NCBI GenBank assembly: GCA_040377305.1
Contig: JBEIPA010000005.1
Coordinates: forward strand, 128,001-192,000
Source: Flavobacteriales bacterium
Lineage (GTDB): Bacteria > Bacteroidota > Bacteroidia > Palsa-965
Length of the DNA: 64,000 nt
Direction: 5' to 3'
Shown here: positions 20,409 to 31,451 of the stretch, piece after piece
Layout of the letters: every line of letters begins with the position of its first letter
Position numbering within the stretch: the stretch's first letter is position 1
Made by a program: the position numbers and the translations under genes
The notes under the pieces: model-generated
Told to the model about the DNA's origin: nothing
Database searches by the model: none
What the model saw: only the letters and a program-made list of their open reading frames with translations

Positions 20409-21710
20409 ATGAGTAATACAACAGCAGTACCCGCGAGCGCCGAGCTCAAAGTAAGCAACATGGCAGAATCACTAATTGGTTCTGAAATCATCAAGCTTGC
20501 CGCAGAAGTCAATGAGAAAATCAAGAATGGTGAAAAGGTTTTTAACCTCACCATTGGCGACTTCAATCCAAAAGTATTTCCGATTCCTGCAGAGCTGAAA
20601 CGTGAAATCATCAAAGCGTATGAAGAGGATGAAACGAATTATCCTGCTGCTGATGGTGTAGCTGAATTGCGTAAAGCCGTGGCTAATTTAATCGAGCAAC
20701 GTCAAGGATTAAAATACGGAGCCGATGAAGTTCTCATTGCTGGCGGAGCTCGCCCGGTGATCTACGCGATCTACCGTACAGTTCTTGATCCGGGCGATAA
20801 AGTATTGTTCCCTGTGCCATCGTGGAATAACAACCACTACACGCACATGAACTCGGGCGACTACGCAAACCAGATTTTCGTAGAGACAACTGCAGAAAAT
20901 AATTTCATGCCTTCTGCTGCTGATCTCGCACCTTACCTGAAAGATGTTGCGTTGGTTTCATTGTGTTCACCGCTTAATCCAACCGGAACAACTTTCACCA
21001 AAGAAGCACTCGCTGATATTTGCGATATTATTCTGGCGGAGAACAAACGACGCGGTCCAGGACAGAAGCCGTTGTTCCTTTTGTACGACCAAATCTATTG
21101 GGCACTTACATTCGGTGAAGTGAAACATCATGATCCTGTAACGCTGCGTCCTGATATGCGTCAATACACCATATTCGTCGACGGTATTTCAAAGTCACTT
21201 GCAGCAACGGGCGTTCGCGTTGGTTGGGCAATGGGACCGAAACGCATCATCGACAAAATGAAATCTATTTTGTCGCATGTTGGTGCATGGGCTCCGAAAG
21301 CCGAACAGGTTGCAACAGCACGTTACCTGAATGATCTTGCGCAGTACGATAAGTTCCTCGCAAAGATCAAAGGTGAAGTGAATGCCCGACTCGTTGGTTT
21401 TCACAAAGGATTTCAGGCGCTGAAAGCAAAAGGCTATCGCGTCGATTCAATCGCACCACAAGCGGCAATTTATCTTACTATCAATCTCGCATTGCACGGA
21501 CAAAAAACCGCTGACGGAAATATACTCGCAACGACGAAAGACGTAACGAGCTATATCCTGAATGAAGCAAAAGTTGCTGTTGTTCCCTTCAATGCATTCG
21601 GCGCATCAAACGATTCCAGTTGGTATCGCCTCTCGGTGGGCACGTGCAAACTCGAAGATGTCGATGCAATTATACAGTCACTTGAAAACGCGCTCGCAAA
21701 GCTTTCCTGA
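20409..21710 (+). CDS. PLP-dependent aminotransferase class I/II (aspartate aminotransferase-like)
   Basis: CSPLNPTG, YDQIY, GISKSLAATGVRVGW. Confidence 0.9.
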   Translation: MSNTTAVPASAELKVSNMAESLIGSEIIKLAAEVNEKIKNGEKVFNLTIGDFNPKVFPIPAELKREIIKAYEEDETNYPAADGVAELRKAVANLIEQRQGLKYGADEVLIAGGARPVIYAIYRTVLDPGDKVLFPVPSWNNNHYTHMNSGDYANQIFVETTAENNFMPSAADLAPYLKDVALVSLCSPLNPTGTTFTKEALADICDIILAENKRRGPGQKPLFLLYDQIYWALTFGEVKHHDPVTLRPDMRQYTIFVDGISKSLAATGVRVGWAMGPKRIIDKMKSILSHVGAWAPKAEQVATARYLNDLAQYDKFLAKIKGEVNARLVGFHKGFQALKAKGYRVDSIAPQAAIYLTINLALHGQKTADGNILATTKDVTSYILNEAKVAVVPFNAFGASNDSSWYRLSVGTCKLEDVDAIIQSLENALAKLS

Positions 21711-21719
21711 TATTCTCCC

Positions 21720-22808
21720 ATGAAAAATCGTTACTGTGTTATTATGGCAGGTGGTGTCGGAACTCGTTTCTGGCCCATGAGCCGTACAGCGCACCCTAAG
21801 CAATTTATTGATGTACTCGGAACCGGCAGAACTTTGCTGCAGGCAACATACGATCGTGCATTGAAATTCTGCAGGCTGCAAAACATTTATGTGGTTACCA
21901 ACGAGAGTTACAAAACACTCGTAGGTGATCAGCTTCCTGATTTGCCGGAAGAAAATATTCTCTGCGAACCGGCTCGCAAGAATACGGCACCCTGTGTTGC
22001 TTTTGCTGCATGGAAGATTCACGCGAAAGATCCGAATGCGGTGATGGTTGTTGCTCCAAGCGATCACCTCATCACGAAGGAAGACACATTCACGAAAGCA
22101 ATTGTGTCGTGCATGAAGAAAGCTGCCGAAGATGATTCACTCATTACCATCGGATTGAAGCCGACTCGTCCTGACACCGGATACGGTTACATTCAGTTTG
22201 TAGATTCTGATGTGCAGGAAAAAGACAAACGTATCAAGAAAGTAAAAACGTTCACAGAGAAGCCCGACCTGGAAATGGCGGAATTCTTTTTACGTAGCGG
22301 CGACTTTCTTTGGAACGCAGGTATATTCATCTGGAGTTCGAAGAGTATCATCGATGCATTCAATAGGCACGCACCAGACACTGCGGCGATCTTCAATGAA
22401 GGAAACGGCAAGTGGAATACAATCTGGGAAGAAGAGTTCATCAAGGACGCATACGGTCGCTGCAAGAACATTTCCATTGACTACGCTGTGATGGAGAAAG
22501 CAACGAATGTTTATGTGCGTTCTTCAATCATTGGCTGGTCGGATCTTGGAACATGGGGTTCTTTGTATACGCACATTAAGAAAGACGACAATGGAAACGC
22601 CATCGTTGGCAAGCAAGTGATGACTTACCAATCGAAAGATTGTATTGTACACGTGCCGAAAGACAAATTGGTAGTGATTGAAGGACTTGAGGATTATATT
22701 ATTGTTGAATCCGATAACATCCTGCTTATTTGCAAGAAAGCAGATGAACAACAGATTCGCACTTTTGTGAATGACGTGAAAGTTGGTAAAGGAGATAAAT
22801 TCGTATGA
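21720..22808 (+). CDS. Mannose-1-phosphate guanylyltransferase
   Basis: IMAGGVGTRFWPMSR..PKQF, EPARKNTAP, SIDYAVMEK, WSDLGTW. Confidence 0.93.
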   Translation: MKNRYCVIMAGGVGTRFWPMSRTAHPKQFIDVLGTGRTLLQATYDRALKFCRLQNIYVVTNESYKTLVGDQLPDLPEENILCEPARKNTAPCVAFAAWKIHAKDPNAVMVVAPSDHLITKEDTFTKAIVSCMKKAAEDDSLITIGLKPTRPDTGYGYIQFVDSDVQEKDKRIKKVKTFTEKPDLEMAEFFLRSGDFLWNAGIFIWSSKSIIDAFNRHAPDTAAIFNEGNGKWNTIWEEEFIKDAYGRCKNISIDYAVMEKATNVYVRSSIIGWSDLGTWGSLYTHIKKDDNGNAIVGKQVMTYQSKDCIVHVPKDKLVVIEGLEDYIIVESDNILLICKKADEQQIRTFVNDVKVGKGDKFV

Positions 22809-23287
22809 TGCGGAGAACACAGCGAATGCAGCGACGCGGAGAAATTATTGCACTCATTCTGGTGACAATTACATCTTTGCTGATTGTATCGTGCAGTGAG
22901 CGCGACAAACCAAAAGTTGATCCGATTGGTGTTTGGGAGAATACGACTCATTGGGATAATAATAAAATCACGATGACAGTACGCGCAGATTCAACCATGC
23001 TTTTCAAATGCGAGAAAAGCTTTTGTCCCGGCACAAAATTCTTTGTAGCTATCGGCGATTGGCACATTGAGAATGACAGCGTGTTGGTGATGGAACCTAT
23101 TACCGATGGACGTCACTATGAAATTCGCGACTTGTTCCCGGAGCTCACGCAGATTGGAAAAGACTCGAACAATGTACACTCACTTGATGTATCGGCACGA
23201 ATGATCTTTGCGGACAGTTGCCTCTATGACATCGATCAGGACGGCAAACGACTGACGGCTCATTGTTTTAAGAAGATTGCGAAGTAG
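22805..23287 (+). CDS. Hypothetical lipoprotein
   Basis: Hydrophobic leader ending LIVSC. Overlaps the upstream stop codon. Confidence 0.7.
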   Translation: MMRRTQRMQRRGEIIALILVTITSLLIVSCSERDKPKVDPIGVWENTTHWDNNKITMTVRADSTMLFKCEKSFCPGTKFFVAIGDWHIENDSVLVMEPITDGRHYEIRDLFPELTQIGKDSNNVHSLDVSARMIFADSCLYDIDQDGKRLTAHCFKKIAK

Positions 23288-23408
23288 AAAATGGAACGCA
23301 GATCCTGAAGTCCTTTGTCTGCTGGTTTCTCATTCGGATGACTCGTGTACACCGAAAATTCCCGGGCCGGTTTTCATGAGATAGACTTGAAAATATCCCC
23401 GCAACGTT

Positions 23409-24029
23409 TTACTGAATCGTCTTCGGTCCTTTGCCCTTCACGTAGCCGCGGTATGCACCGGAAAGATATCCGTCGAGCCGCACACCAATCAATGTTCGCT
23501 TCTGATTCCAATCGACGAAAAATGTGGGTCCAATGCCAACCGCGTACTGCACTTTCATCGTGTATTGGAATTCAGCATACACTCCTACCCGATCCCAGCG
23601 ATTGCTTTCAAAATATCCCGGGGCTAGATAGGTGTAACCCTGCGTGTAAGAAATACCAGCCATTGCTGCCAGATTTTTTTTCTCGGTTTCCTTGCGCCAG
23701 GGAACGTATCCAATATGTCCTGTGTAATTGTTCCACACACCGAATTCATCTCCGGACATGATGCCGCCCACATTGAAGTACGCTTTCTTAATGTGAAACT
23801 GAAAGTTCAGTCCGAGTGCAAACTGTGTGCGCGGATTTTCAGAATGATATTCCGGACCCACGCCGAAGCAAACCCAGTTGTTGTAAACCCGGTAACGTTT
23901 GTCGCCAATCACGATTTCCCGCTTGAAGTTTTCCTTCACCACAAACTGGCTGGTATCCTGAGCGCGCAATGCCGGTACCGCAAGGAGCAACAGCAGCAAT
24001 GTGAGAATGGACAATGAACGCAGCTTCAT
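23409..24029 (-). CDS. Hypothetical outer-membrane beta-barrel protein
   Basis: Signal peptide MKLRSLSILTLLLLLLAVPALRAQ and a beta-strand pattern. Confidence 0.7.
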   Translation of the reverse strand: MKLRSLSILTLLLLLLAVPALRAQDTSQFVVKENFKREIVIGDKRYRVYNNWVCFGVGPEYHSENPRTQFALGLNFQFHIKKAYFNVGGIMSGDEFGVWNNYTGHIGYVPWRKETEKKNLAAMAGISYTQGYTYLAPGYFESNRWDRVGVYAEFQYTMKVQYAVGIGPTFFVDWNQKRTLIGVRLDGYLSGAYRGYVKGKGPKTIQ

Positions 24030-24130
24030 TTGATAAAGATACAATCAGATCACGCGATTAGACTTTCACAAAGGCTCCACTTGTTGTAGGAGTCAAGCCA
24101 GTTGTGCAATTCGAAGATTCAATGTTTGAA

Positions 24131-25525
24131 CTAGAGCGATCCAACCATGTCTTCCGGCTTCACCCACTGGTCAAATTGTTCAGGAGTTACGTGACCGAGT
24201 TCCACTGCTGCTTCCTTCAATGTCTTGCCTTCTTTGTGCGCCTTCTTCGCGATCTCAGCAGCTTTGTAATAGCCGATATGCGTATTGAGTGAAGTAACCA
24301 GCATCAAAGAATTCTCCATGTGCTGCTTGATCATCGGAAGATTCGGTTCGATTCCTACTGCGCATTTGTCGTTGAAGGAAACACAAGCATCACCAATGAG
24401 TCGTGCGCTCTGCAATACGTTGTATGCAATTACCGGCTTGAATACATTCAGTTCGAAGTGACCATTTGATCCTCCGATAGAAACTGCGACATCGTTGCCC
24501 ATCACCTGTGCACAAACCATTGTCATGGCTTCAGGCTGCGTTGGATTTACTTTGCCCGGCATGATAGAAGATCCAGGTTCGTTATCCGGAATTACAATTT
24601 CTCCCAAACCAGAACGCGGACCTGAACTAAGCATGCGTATGTCGTTTGCAATTTTCATAAGCGACACCGCAGCACGTTTCAATGCACCGGAAAGTTCAAC
24701 CATTGCATCGTGAGCAGCAAGCGCTTCGAATTTATTGGGTGCTGTTACGAATGGAAGCTTTGTGAACTCTGCAATCTTCTTCGCAACAAGAACGTCATAT
24801 CCTTTCGGCGTATTCAATCCTGTTCCAACCGCAGTTCCACCGAGTGCAAGCTCTTTCACCATTTCAAGCGCGTTCTTCACAGCGCGAATGCTGTTTGTGA
24901 TTTGCTGCACGTATCCTGAAAACTCCTGACCCAATGTAAGCGGAGTTGCGTCCATGAAATGTGTACGACCTGTTTTCACGACGTTGTTCCAGCTCTTCGC
25001 TTTCTTGTCGAGCGTGTCGCGAAGCTTTTCCATTCCGGGAATTGTGTTCTCAACTACAAGCTTGTAGGCCGCTATGTGCATCGCGGTCGGATATGTATCA
25101 TTCGACGATTGCGATTTGTTCACATCGTCGTTCGGATTCAACGCTTTCTTCTCGTCAGTAAGTTGTCCGCCTGAAATTACGTGACCACGATAAGCAATAA
25201 CTTCATTCGCGTTCATATTGCTTTGCGTGCCCGAACCTGTTTGCCAGATTACTAGCGGAAACTGATCGTCCAATGAACCCGTGAGGATTTCATCGCAGAC
25301 TTTCGAAATCAGATCGCGTTTCGAAGCTTCAAGAACACCCAGGTCGTGATTGGCATGAGCAGCCGCTTTCTTCAGGTAAGCAAACGCATATATAATTTCC
25401 TTCGGCATACTTCCTTCCGGACCGATTTTGAAATTATTACGCGAGCGTTCTGTTTGTGCGCCCCAATACTTATCGGCAGGTACCTGTACCTCGCCCATGG
25501 TGTCTTTTTCGATGCGGAAACTCAT
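24131..25525 (-). CDS. fumC: Class II fumarate hydratase
   Basis: [25 protein letters not shown]. Confidence 0.97.
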   Translation of the reverse strand: MSFRIEKDTMGEVQVPADKYWGAQTERSRNNFKIGPEGSMPKEIIYAFAYLKKAAAHANHDLGVLEASKRDLISKVCDEILTGSLDDQFPLVIWQTGSGTQSNMNANEVIAYRGHVISGGQLTDEKKALNPNDDVNKSQSSNDTYPTAMHIAAYKLVVENTIPGMEKLRDTLDKKAKSWNNVVKTGRTHFMDATPLTLGQEFSGYVQQITNSIRAVKNALEMVKELALGGTAVGTGLNTPKGYDVLVAKKIAEFTKLPFVTAPNKFEALAAHDAMVELSGALKRAAVSLMKIANDIRMLSSGPRSGLGEIVIPDNEPGSSIMPGKVNPTQPEAMTMVCAQVMGNDVAVSIGGSNGHFELNVFKPVIAYNVLQSARLIGDACVSFNDKCAVGIEPNLPMIKQHMENSLMLVTSLNTHIGYYKAAEIAKKAHKEGKTLKEAAVELGHVTPEQFDQWVKPEDMVGSL

Positions 25526-25826
25526 AATTTTTATGATTTGAGAATGACAATTTTGCGATTTGAAATCCGAATGCAAAATTAACATTTAGCAGCACGCACA
25601 GCCACAAGCGATGTCTGAAGAATCGTCTTTTTTACGGGTTAAATGGCCGCTTCTTGCATCACCAACATGAACCGCAGGTTATCCCTATCTCTGTTGTTCG
25701 GGGAATCGATGTGTTTCGAAGAAATGAATTGAGTTGGGCCAACCGTTCACGAGTCGCGCGCATTAATATCAGTAAAACTTAGATGGTGTCAGGAACTGCG
25801 CACTGACAACTGTCAACTGCGCCCCG

Positions 25827-28238
25827 TTATTGTGCTCTCCCCTTCAGTTCATCCGCGCTGTTCTGGCGTTGCTGACGCTCGTATTCCGAACGACCGAGTT
25901 TCCATGATACGGCCAGACGTACCCGGCGGCTGTCCATTTTTCCCGTAGTAGACATATTTACGTTACCGTAATTGGCGGTACGGTCCGTATAATTTCCCTG
26001 CAACAAATCTGATATGTTGAGTGATACCGAACCGCGTCCGTCACCAAAGCGCTTGCGTACACCAATGTCTAATCCTGAAAACGGACTTTCTCTCCATATA
26101 CCGTTCATGTTCACGGAGCGACAGAAGAAGTTTGCTTCCATTCCCCAATCTTTTTTCAGACTGATGCGGTTCTGCAAAAAGATCATTCCGGTGTAATAGA
26201 TCACGCTGTAATCCTCTCCGTTCACAGGACCGAAATAATGATCTCGGAAGCCGAGAAGGGTTCCGGATAGCGTGTACCAGTTGGTGAAGGAATATTCGGC
26301 ACTGAACTCCAGCGTAAAAACATTGTAGGTAGCAAGATTCTCCAGTCGCGTATTCACAACACGTGTTGAATCATCAACCGAAACAATTCCGTTGAAGACA
26401 GACGTCATGTGCATATAGGAAAATGCGGTACGGTATGTTCCTTTGAAAATATGCGAGACTTCAACCTTGTGGTTCATCTGCGGCATCAGGTTCGGATTAC
26501 CCGAGAAAGTGGTGTACGGATCGTTGTAGATCACAAACGGATTCAACTCACCGTAATCCGGACGTTCGATTCGGCGGCTGTAAGAAATATTGATTGCGTG
26601 CAATGAATCGACTTTCCAGTTCAGGAACGCACTTGGAAAAAGACGCAGGTACTGACGATTGAAAAGCTCAGTGCCGTTTCCGTCTTCACCCTTCGACATT
26701 GTTTCTTCAGCACGCAAACCGAATTGTGCATCGAGTTTCTTATTGATCGAACGGGAATAATTGAGATAGGCTGCAGAAATCATTTCGGTATAAACAAAGT
26801 TCACAGGTTGATCCTGAAGCGAAACACTGCCTTGCCGCAGGTAATAACGTGCCGCGCTGGTTGTCTTCGCCTGGCTCCCACGTATGCCTCCTTCGAACAA
26901 ACCATTTTCATTCCTGAGCGGATGAACGTAATCTATTTGTCCCGTTGCATAACCAACCGAGAGATTCAGATTCGTTACCTGAAGCATCGGATCATGTATG
27001 GTTTGCGACGCGCCGTAGTGATAGGTCGTCATATTCTCCCGGTCCTGTTTCGTTGTGAAGCTGGCGTAATTGAAATCAGCGGTGAGGAGTTTTCCGGTAG
27101 TGTCGACATCAAACTTGTAGTTCAGAGCACCAGAATAATATTCGTTGCGACTTTGTTCCAATCCCGTTGTATAGAGGTTTGAATCAAGCACCATTTCAGA
27201 ATTGTAAGTGTTCATATCAAGCGTTCTTGTGACCTCATGCAGCCCGCCCGAACGTTCTGCAACAATTCCGATCGTGTGTCGCTTGCCAGGAGAATAATCT
27301 ATACCTGCTTGCTCCCAATTCCACATGCCTCCCATTTTCGGCCGGCCATTGGTAATGGAACTTGGGTGAGAAGCCGAATCAGGACTATATATCATTGTGC
27401 GTTCAAACTCTTCATAGAACTGCCACTGACCAACATCCGCGGCGCCGAAAAAATTCCACTTCTCCGTTTTGTAGTTCAGATTTGTGCCCACATTTCCGCC
27501 GCCATAAAATCCCTGATCATAACTGGCGTTCAGCTGCTGATTGTAACCAAGGTTTCTGTTCCTCTTGAGAACAATATTGATAATCGCATTTCCGGAAGCC
27601 TCGTACTTTGCAGAAGGATTTGTGATCACTTCAATTTTCTCAATCTGGCTTGCATCAATACCGCGCAGGTAGTTCGCCATATCAGATCCGCCCATATACG
27701 AACGTCGTCCATCCATCATAAACATTACACCCTGCTTCCCGCGCACTGAAATGTTGTCGTTGTTATCTACAGTAACTCCCGGTAATTTACGCAGGACATC
27801 TAGCGCGCTGTTTCCAGTGGCCAGCACACTATTTTCAATATTGAAAACCGTTCTATCCAGCTTCTGCTCCATAAACGGTTTCTGCGCAGTGATTGTGACC
27901 TCATTCATCGTGGATGTGTTCTCAATCAAAACAATTTCTCCTGCGATGTGCGAATGATGTGCGTCGTCCAGCGTAAACACTTCAGTATACGTTTTCTCGT
28001 AACCTGAAAACAACACGAGCAGTCGGAATCTACCGTTCTCTTTCATCTCCACCATAAAGGTGCCGTCTGCAGCACACGTAGTTCCGGTAACAACAGTACT
28101 GTCGGCCTCGCGTACCATCATCACATTGCAGAATGGCAAAGGTTGTTTCAGCGAATCAACAACTGTTCCTGTTACCTGGGCGGTAACATCTCCTATGGAG
28201 AGAACGAATACAAATAATAGAAGGTACAGGTGTTTCAT
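25827..28238 (-). CDS. TonB-dependent-receptor-like outer-membrane beta-barrel protein with N-terminal carboxypeptidase-regulatory-like domain
   Basis: LRKLPGVTVD, IEKIEVITNPSAKYEA, YSRRIERP, GNPNLMP. Confidence 0.88.
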   Translation of the reverse strand: MKHLYLLLFVFVLSIGDVTAQVTGTVVDSLKQPLPFCNVMMVREADSTVVTGTTCAADGTFMVEMKENGRFRLLVLFSGYEKTYTEVFTLDDAHHSHIAGEIVLIENTSTMNEVTITAQKPFMEQKLDRTVFNIENSVLATGNSALDVLRKLPGVTVDNNDNISVRGKQGVMFMMDGRRSYMGGSDMANYLRGIDASQIEKIEVITNPSAKYEASGNAIINIVLKRNRNLGYNQQLNASYDQGFYGGGNVGTNLNYKTEKWNFFGAADVGQWQFYEEFERTMIYSPDSASHPSSITNGRPKMGGMWNWEQAGIDYSPGKRHTIGIVAERSGGLHEVTRTLDMNTYNSEMVLDSNLYTTGLEQSRNEYYSGALNYKFDVDTTGKLLTADFNYASFTTKQDRENMTTYHYGASQTIHDPMLQVTNLNLSVGYATGQIDYVHPLRNENGLFEGGIRGSQAKTTSAARYYLRQGSVSLQDQPVNFVYTEMISAAYLNYSRSINKKLDAQFGLRAEETMSKGEDGNGTELFNRQYLRLFPSAFLNWKVDSLHAINISYSRRIERPDYGELNPFVIYNDPYTTFSGNPNLMPQMNHKVEVSHIFKGTYRTAFSYMHMTSVFNGIVSVDDSTRVVNTRLENLATYNVFTLEFSAEYSFTNWYTLSGTLLGFRDHYFGPVNGEDYSVIYYTGMIFLQNRISLKKDWGMEANFFCRSVNMNGIWRESPFSGLDIGVRKRFGDGRGSVSLNISDLLQGNYTDRTANYGNVNMSTTGKMDSRRVRLAVSWKLGRSEYERQQRQNSADELKGRAQ

Positions 28239-28344
28239 CCGGGCAAAGAAACAGCATAATGCGATGCCGCAAATTGTATTAACTCTTTTTTAGGGATTCA
28301 GCCTGCAACTGTTAACAGTTGTATTTCACTTAGAGGAAACAGAC

Positions 28345-28695
28345 TTATAAAAGTTGCTGAAGATCTTCTTCTGATCTTCCGAAGAATGCTCGTTCGCCTA
28401 TAATGACGATCGGTCGTTGCATCAGTACCGGATACTTATGCAACGCCTTGATCCATTTTGCTTCGGTCATTTTCTTGCCTGCGAACTTCTCCTGATAGAT
28501 TGATTCCTTAGTGCGTACTAATTTCTCTGCCGGAATATTCAGTTTCTTGAGCACGTCGCGAATCTCATCCTCCGATGGAACATCGACCAAATATTCTCTC
28601 CACTCGTCAACCTGCACAGCGTGATCTTTGATATACGCCATAGCATCTCTGCATTTTGAGCAACTCGGTTTATGCCAGACAACTACTTTTTCCAT
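28345..28695 (-). CDS. ArsC/Spx-family (arsenate reductase-like) protein
   Basis: HKPSCSKCR...PVLMQRPIV...GR. Confidence 0.88.
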   Translation of the reverse strand: MEKVVVWHKPSCSKCRDAMAYIKDHAVQVDEWREYLVDVPSEDEIRDVLKKLNIPAEKLVRTKESIYQEKFAGKKMTEAKWIKALHKYPVLMQRPIVIIGERAFFGRSEEDLQQLL

Positions 28696-28737
28696 TAGCA
28701 CATTAACCGATTAGCACTCCGCCGCGGCGGAAGCATA

Positions 28738-29848
28738 TTAATTTTTCACCTCAGTATTCCAACTCGCGCCATATTCCATCAGGTATGATTTGATAAACGG
28801 ATCCAGATTTCCATCGAGTACGGCTTGCGCATCTGATGTTTCTGTATCTGTTCTCAAATCCTTCACCAGCTTGTATGGATGTAAAACGTAATTGCGAATC
28901 TGTGATCCCCATTCAATCTTCTTCATGTTGCCACGAATTGCCTGAACGGTTTCCATTTTCTTTCGCATCTCAATTTCGTAGAGCTGAGATTTGAGCAATC
29001 GCATTGCATTCTCACGGTTCTGTCCTTGTGAACGAGACTCCTGATTCTTCACCACAATTCCTGATGGTTTGTGATAAAGACGCACTGCCGTTTCCACTTT
29101 GTTTACGTTCTGTCCTCCTGCTCCACCCGAACGGAAAGTTTCCCATTCGCATTCAGCAGGATTCACTTCGATCTCAATCGTATCGTCGATAAGCGGATAG
29201 CAGTACACCGATGCAAATGATGTATGCCGACGCGCATTCGAATCGAACGGAGAAATCCGCACGAGGCGATGCACACCATTTTCTCCTTTGAGATAACCGA
29301 AAGCATAATCGCCTTCAATTTCAAGCGTAACCGATTTGATTCCGGCCGCTTCACCATCCTGCAAGTCAGCTTCCTTTATTTTGAAGCCTTGCTTTTGCGC
29401 CCACATGATGTACATACGCATGAGCATTCCTGCCCAATCGCAGCTTTCTGTTCCTCCAGCGCCTGAATTAATGGTGAGGACCGCACTCAGATGATCCTCC
29501 GTTCCGCTCAACATATTGCGAAACTCGAGTTCTTCCATGGCCTTCACCGTGTTCGCGTACTCGGTGTCTACATCTTCTTCGGTTGCATCACCTGCTTTGA
29601 AGAATTCATACATCACACCGAGGTCCGCAATTCTCGAATCGAGCTTCGCGAAGGTATCAGTCCAGTCTTTTTTCTTTTTGATTTCTTTCAGAAGGTGCTC
29701 AGCCTTTTTCGGGTCGTCCCAAAATCCTGCGCCTTGAGACATGGTCTCTTCTTCTCTTATTTTAGACAGCTTACGATCGATGTCAAAGATGCCTCCTTAG
29801 CGTTTCTTTGCGCTCCTCGAGGGACTTAATTTGGTCGGTGGTTATCAT
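28738..29848 (-). CDS. prfB: Peptide chain release factor 2, with programmed +1 frameshift at 29782-29788
   Basis: SPF and GGQ motifs. The 21-codon first frame [21 protein letters not shown] ends in CTT TGA C, and the +1 frame continues DIDRKLSK... Confidence 0.97.
29782..29797 (-). promoter_or_regulatory. prfB frameshift cassette (AGGAGG-cat-CTT-TGA-C)
   Basis: The minus strand reads AGG AGG CAT CTT TGA C. Confidence 0.95.
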
Positions 29849-29868
29849 AAGGCACGAAGGTAAGTATA

Positions 29869-29960
29869 AGTTAGGAGTTGGGAGATCGGAGACGGGAGTG
29901 CTATCCCGTAGTTTTTTACAACATTTTTGTACTCCCGTCTCCCAACTCCCGTCTCCCAAC
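29869..29960. repeat. Heptamer tandem repeats (GGAGTTG/GGAGACG versus CTCCCAA/CTCCCGT), inverted pair
   Basis: A G-rich run at 29869-29899 faces a C-rich run at 29931-29960. Confidence 0.85.
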
Positions 29961-29974
29961 TATCTTTGCGGCAA

Positions 29975-30451
29975 ATGAATGAACCAGAGCACCCGCACTT
30001 TGTCCTTTCCGACGCACGTTATTGCCATATGCTTCCGCATGGACTGGTTATTGGCAATAAAAATGATGCTCATGTAATTCCTGAGCAGAAGGATTCTCCC
30101 GACTACGTTTCAGGTCTCTGGCTGATCATCGGGATAGCAGTTCTCACTTTCTTCATGGTGATGTGTACAATTACAGAACTCTATGTCGTAGTTGTACTCA
30201 TGGGTGCGCTTAATATCCTGATGATTGTAACGCTGTATCGCACGCTCGGATTTTCACAAACCGGATTTATACCGCGGAAGGACATCAACAGCGTTGAATA
30301 CCACAAGAAGAATTTCGGTTATGATCACTTCCTGATTCACTACACGGGTAAAAACGGCAAAGCATGCAAGCGCCGTTTGGTGATTTACGATTCACAGGAG
30401 TGCCTCAATCAGGCGCTGGGTGTGATGAAAACGCAAGGACTACTCAAATAG
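29975..30451 (+). CDS. Hypothetical 2-TM membrane protein
   Basis: Two hydrophobic helices. TATCTTTG at 29961-29968. Confidence 0.7.
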   Translation: MNEPEHPHFVLSDARYCHMLPHGLVIGNKNDAHVIPEQKDSPDYVSGLWLIIGIAVLTFFMVMCTITELYVVVVLMGALNILMIVTLYRTLGFSQTGFIPRKDINSVEYHKKNFGYDHFLIHYTGKNGKACKRRLVIYDSQECLNQALGVMKTQGLLK

Positions 30452-30530
30452 TTCGGAGATCGGAGTTGGGAGACGGGTGTTGATTTTTGCACGCTCGCTA
30501 CTCCCGTCTCCCATCTCCCCAACTCCCATC
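30450..30530. repeat. Heptamer inverted pair, same family as 29869-29960
   Basis: agttcggagatcggagttgggagacggg ... actcccgtctcccatctccccaactccc. Confidence 0.85.
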
Positions 30531-30575
30531 TTTTCATGGCACGATTTTGCTACCAGTCTGGCTAAACAAATTGCC

Positions 30576-31067
30576 ATGGAAACACTATCGGATAACAAAC
30601 CAGCGCGAATTTCTGACTCGAAAGTCAGGACGGGAATTTTCCTTGTTGGAACACTGTGCGGACTGAGCTACATCGGCTTTTTTCTCCTAATGAATGCGTT
30701 CGGACTCATGCACGTAACCGAATTGCGTGTGTTCAACTACGTTGTGCTTGTTGGTGCTACCTTTCTGCTGATCAGAAAATGGATTGCAGACAGCCACCAT
30801 TATATTCCATTCTTAAAAGTGGTGTCTACTGCATTCTTTACAGGACTTTGGTCATTCATTGTATTCGCGGTATTCCTGTACTTCTTTTCGCTTTTTAATA
30901 CCGATTTACACGACTTGTTCATCCTGAAAACAGGAGGAACATTTGCATCGTGGCCGCAGTTCATTGTCCTGTTTGAAGGTGCAGGAGCCAGTATTGTAAC
31001 CGCATTTTTTATGATGCAATACTTCCGCAAATACGAGGACGGGCATCCGTATCCGGAGAATAAATAG
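30576..31067 (+). CDS. DUF4199-like 4-TM membrane protein
   Basis: Four hydrophobic helices and an ELRVFN motif. Confidence 0.6.
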   Translation: METLSDNKPARISDSKVRTGIFLVGTLCGLSYIGFFLLMNAFGLMHVTELRVFNYVVLVGATFLLIRKWIADSHHYIPFLKVVSTAFFTGLWSFIVFAVFLYFFSLFNTDLHDLFILKTGGTFASWPQFIVLFEGAGASIVTAFFMMQYFRKYEDGHPYPENK

Positions 31068-31133
31068 ATGAAAATTGTAGAACGAAGTCGCCGGGGAGTA
31101 GAAACAATTCCCCAGTGGTTTCTTCTCATTTTC

Positions 31134-31451
31134 TCAGAAGGAGATTAGATAAGTAATCTGGGATAAGATAAATCCAAGTATTGGAGGGCCTACGCAGTAG
31201 ACAATGAGCCACGTCTTATCAATGAACTTCAGTTTGTAAAGGATAATACCACCGATCAAGACCACGAGCATTCCTAAAACACACACGATCGTCACTGTTA
31301 CTTCTCCGATTGATTCCAAATAATTCTGCAGCAGAAGTACGCGTTCCGGAATATTCGAATACCACAACGTGTAACACGCATGAATGAAGAGTGCGATAAG
31401 GGCATAAAGTACAACCAGAAACAAATACGGAAGGAGCGCTCTTCTATCCAT
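31134..31451 (-). CDS. Hypothetical 3-TM membrane protein
   Basis: Hydrophobic ORF whose start overlaps the upstream stop codon. Confidence 0.65.
   Translation of the reverse strand: MDRRALLPYLFLVVLYALIALFIHACYTLWYSNIPERVLLLQNYLESIGEVTVTIVCVLGMLVVLIGGIILYKLKFIDKTWLIVYCVGPPILGFILSQITYLISF

Noticed and set aside
19505-20614. Long overlapping opposite-strand ORF extensions (also 7933-8154, 29927-29974, 30477-30575, 49664-49744)
   Set aside because: These N-terminal extensions run through promoters and repeats. Downstream starts with signal peptides or promoter boxes fit better.
25586-25826. Possible small ORF or ncRNA upstream of fumC
   Set aside because: Only short featureless frames and no convincing structure were found.
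28738-29848. prfB as a pseudogene or sequencing error
   Set aside because: The break is the canonical CTT-TGA-C programmed frameshift.
30537-30551. Sigma54-like TGGCACG...TTGC upstream of the DUF4199-like gene
   Set aside because: The GG-to-GC spacing is 9 nt, one short of the required 10.
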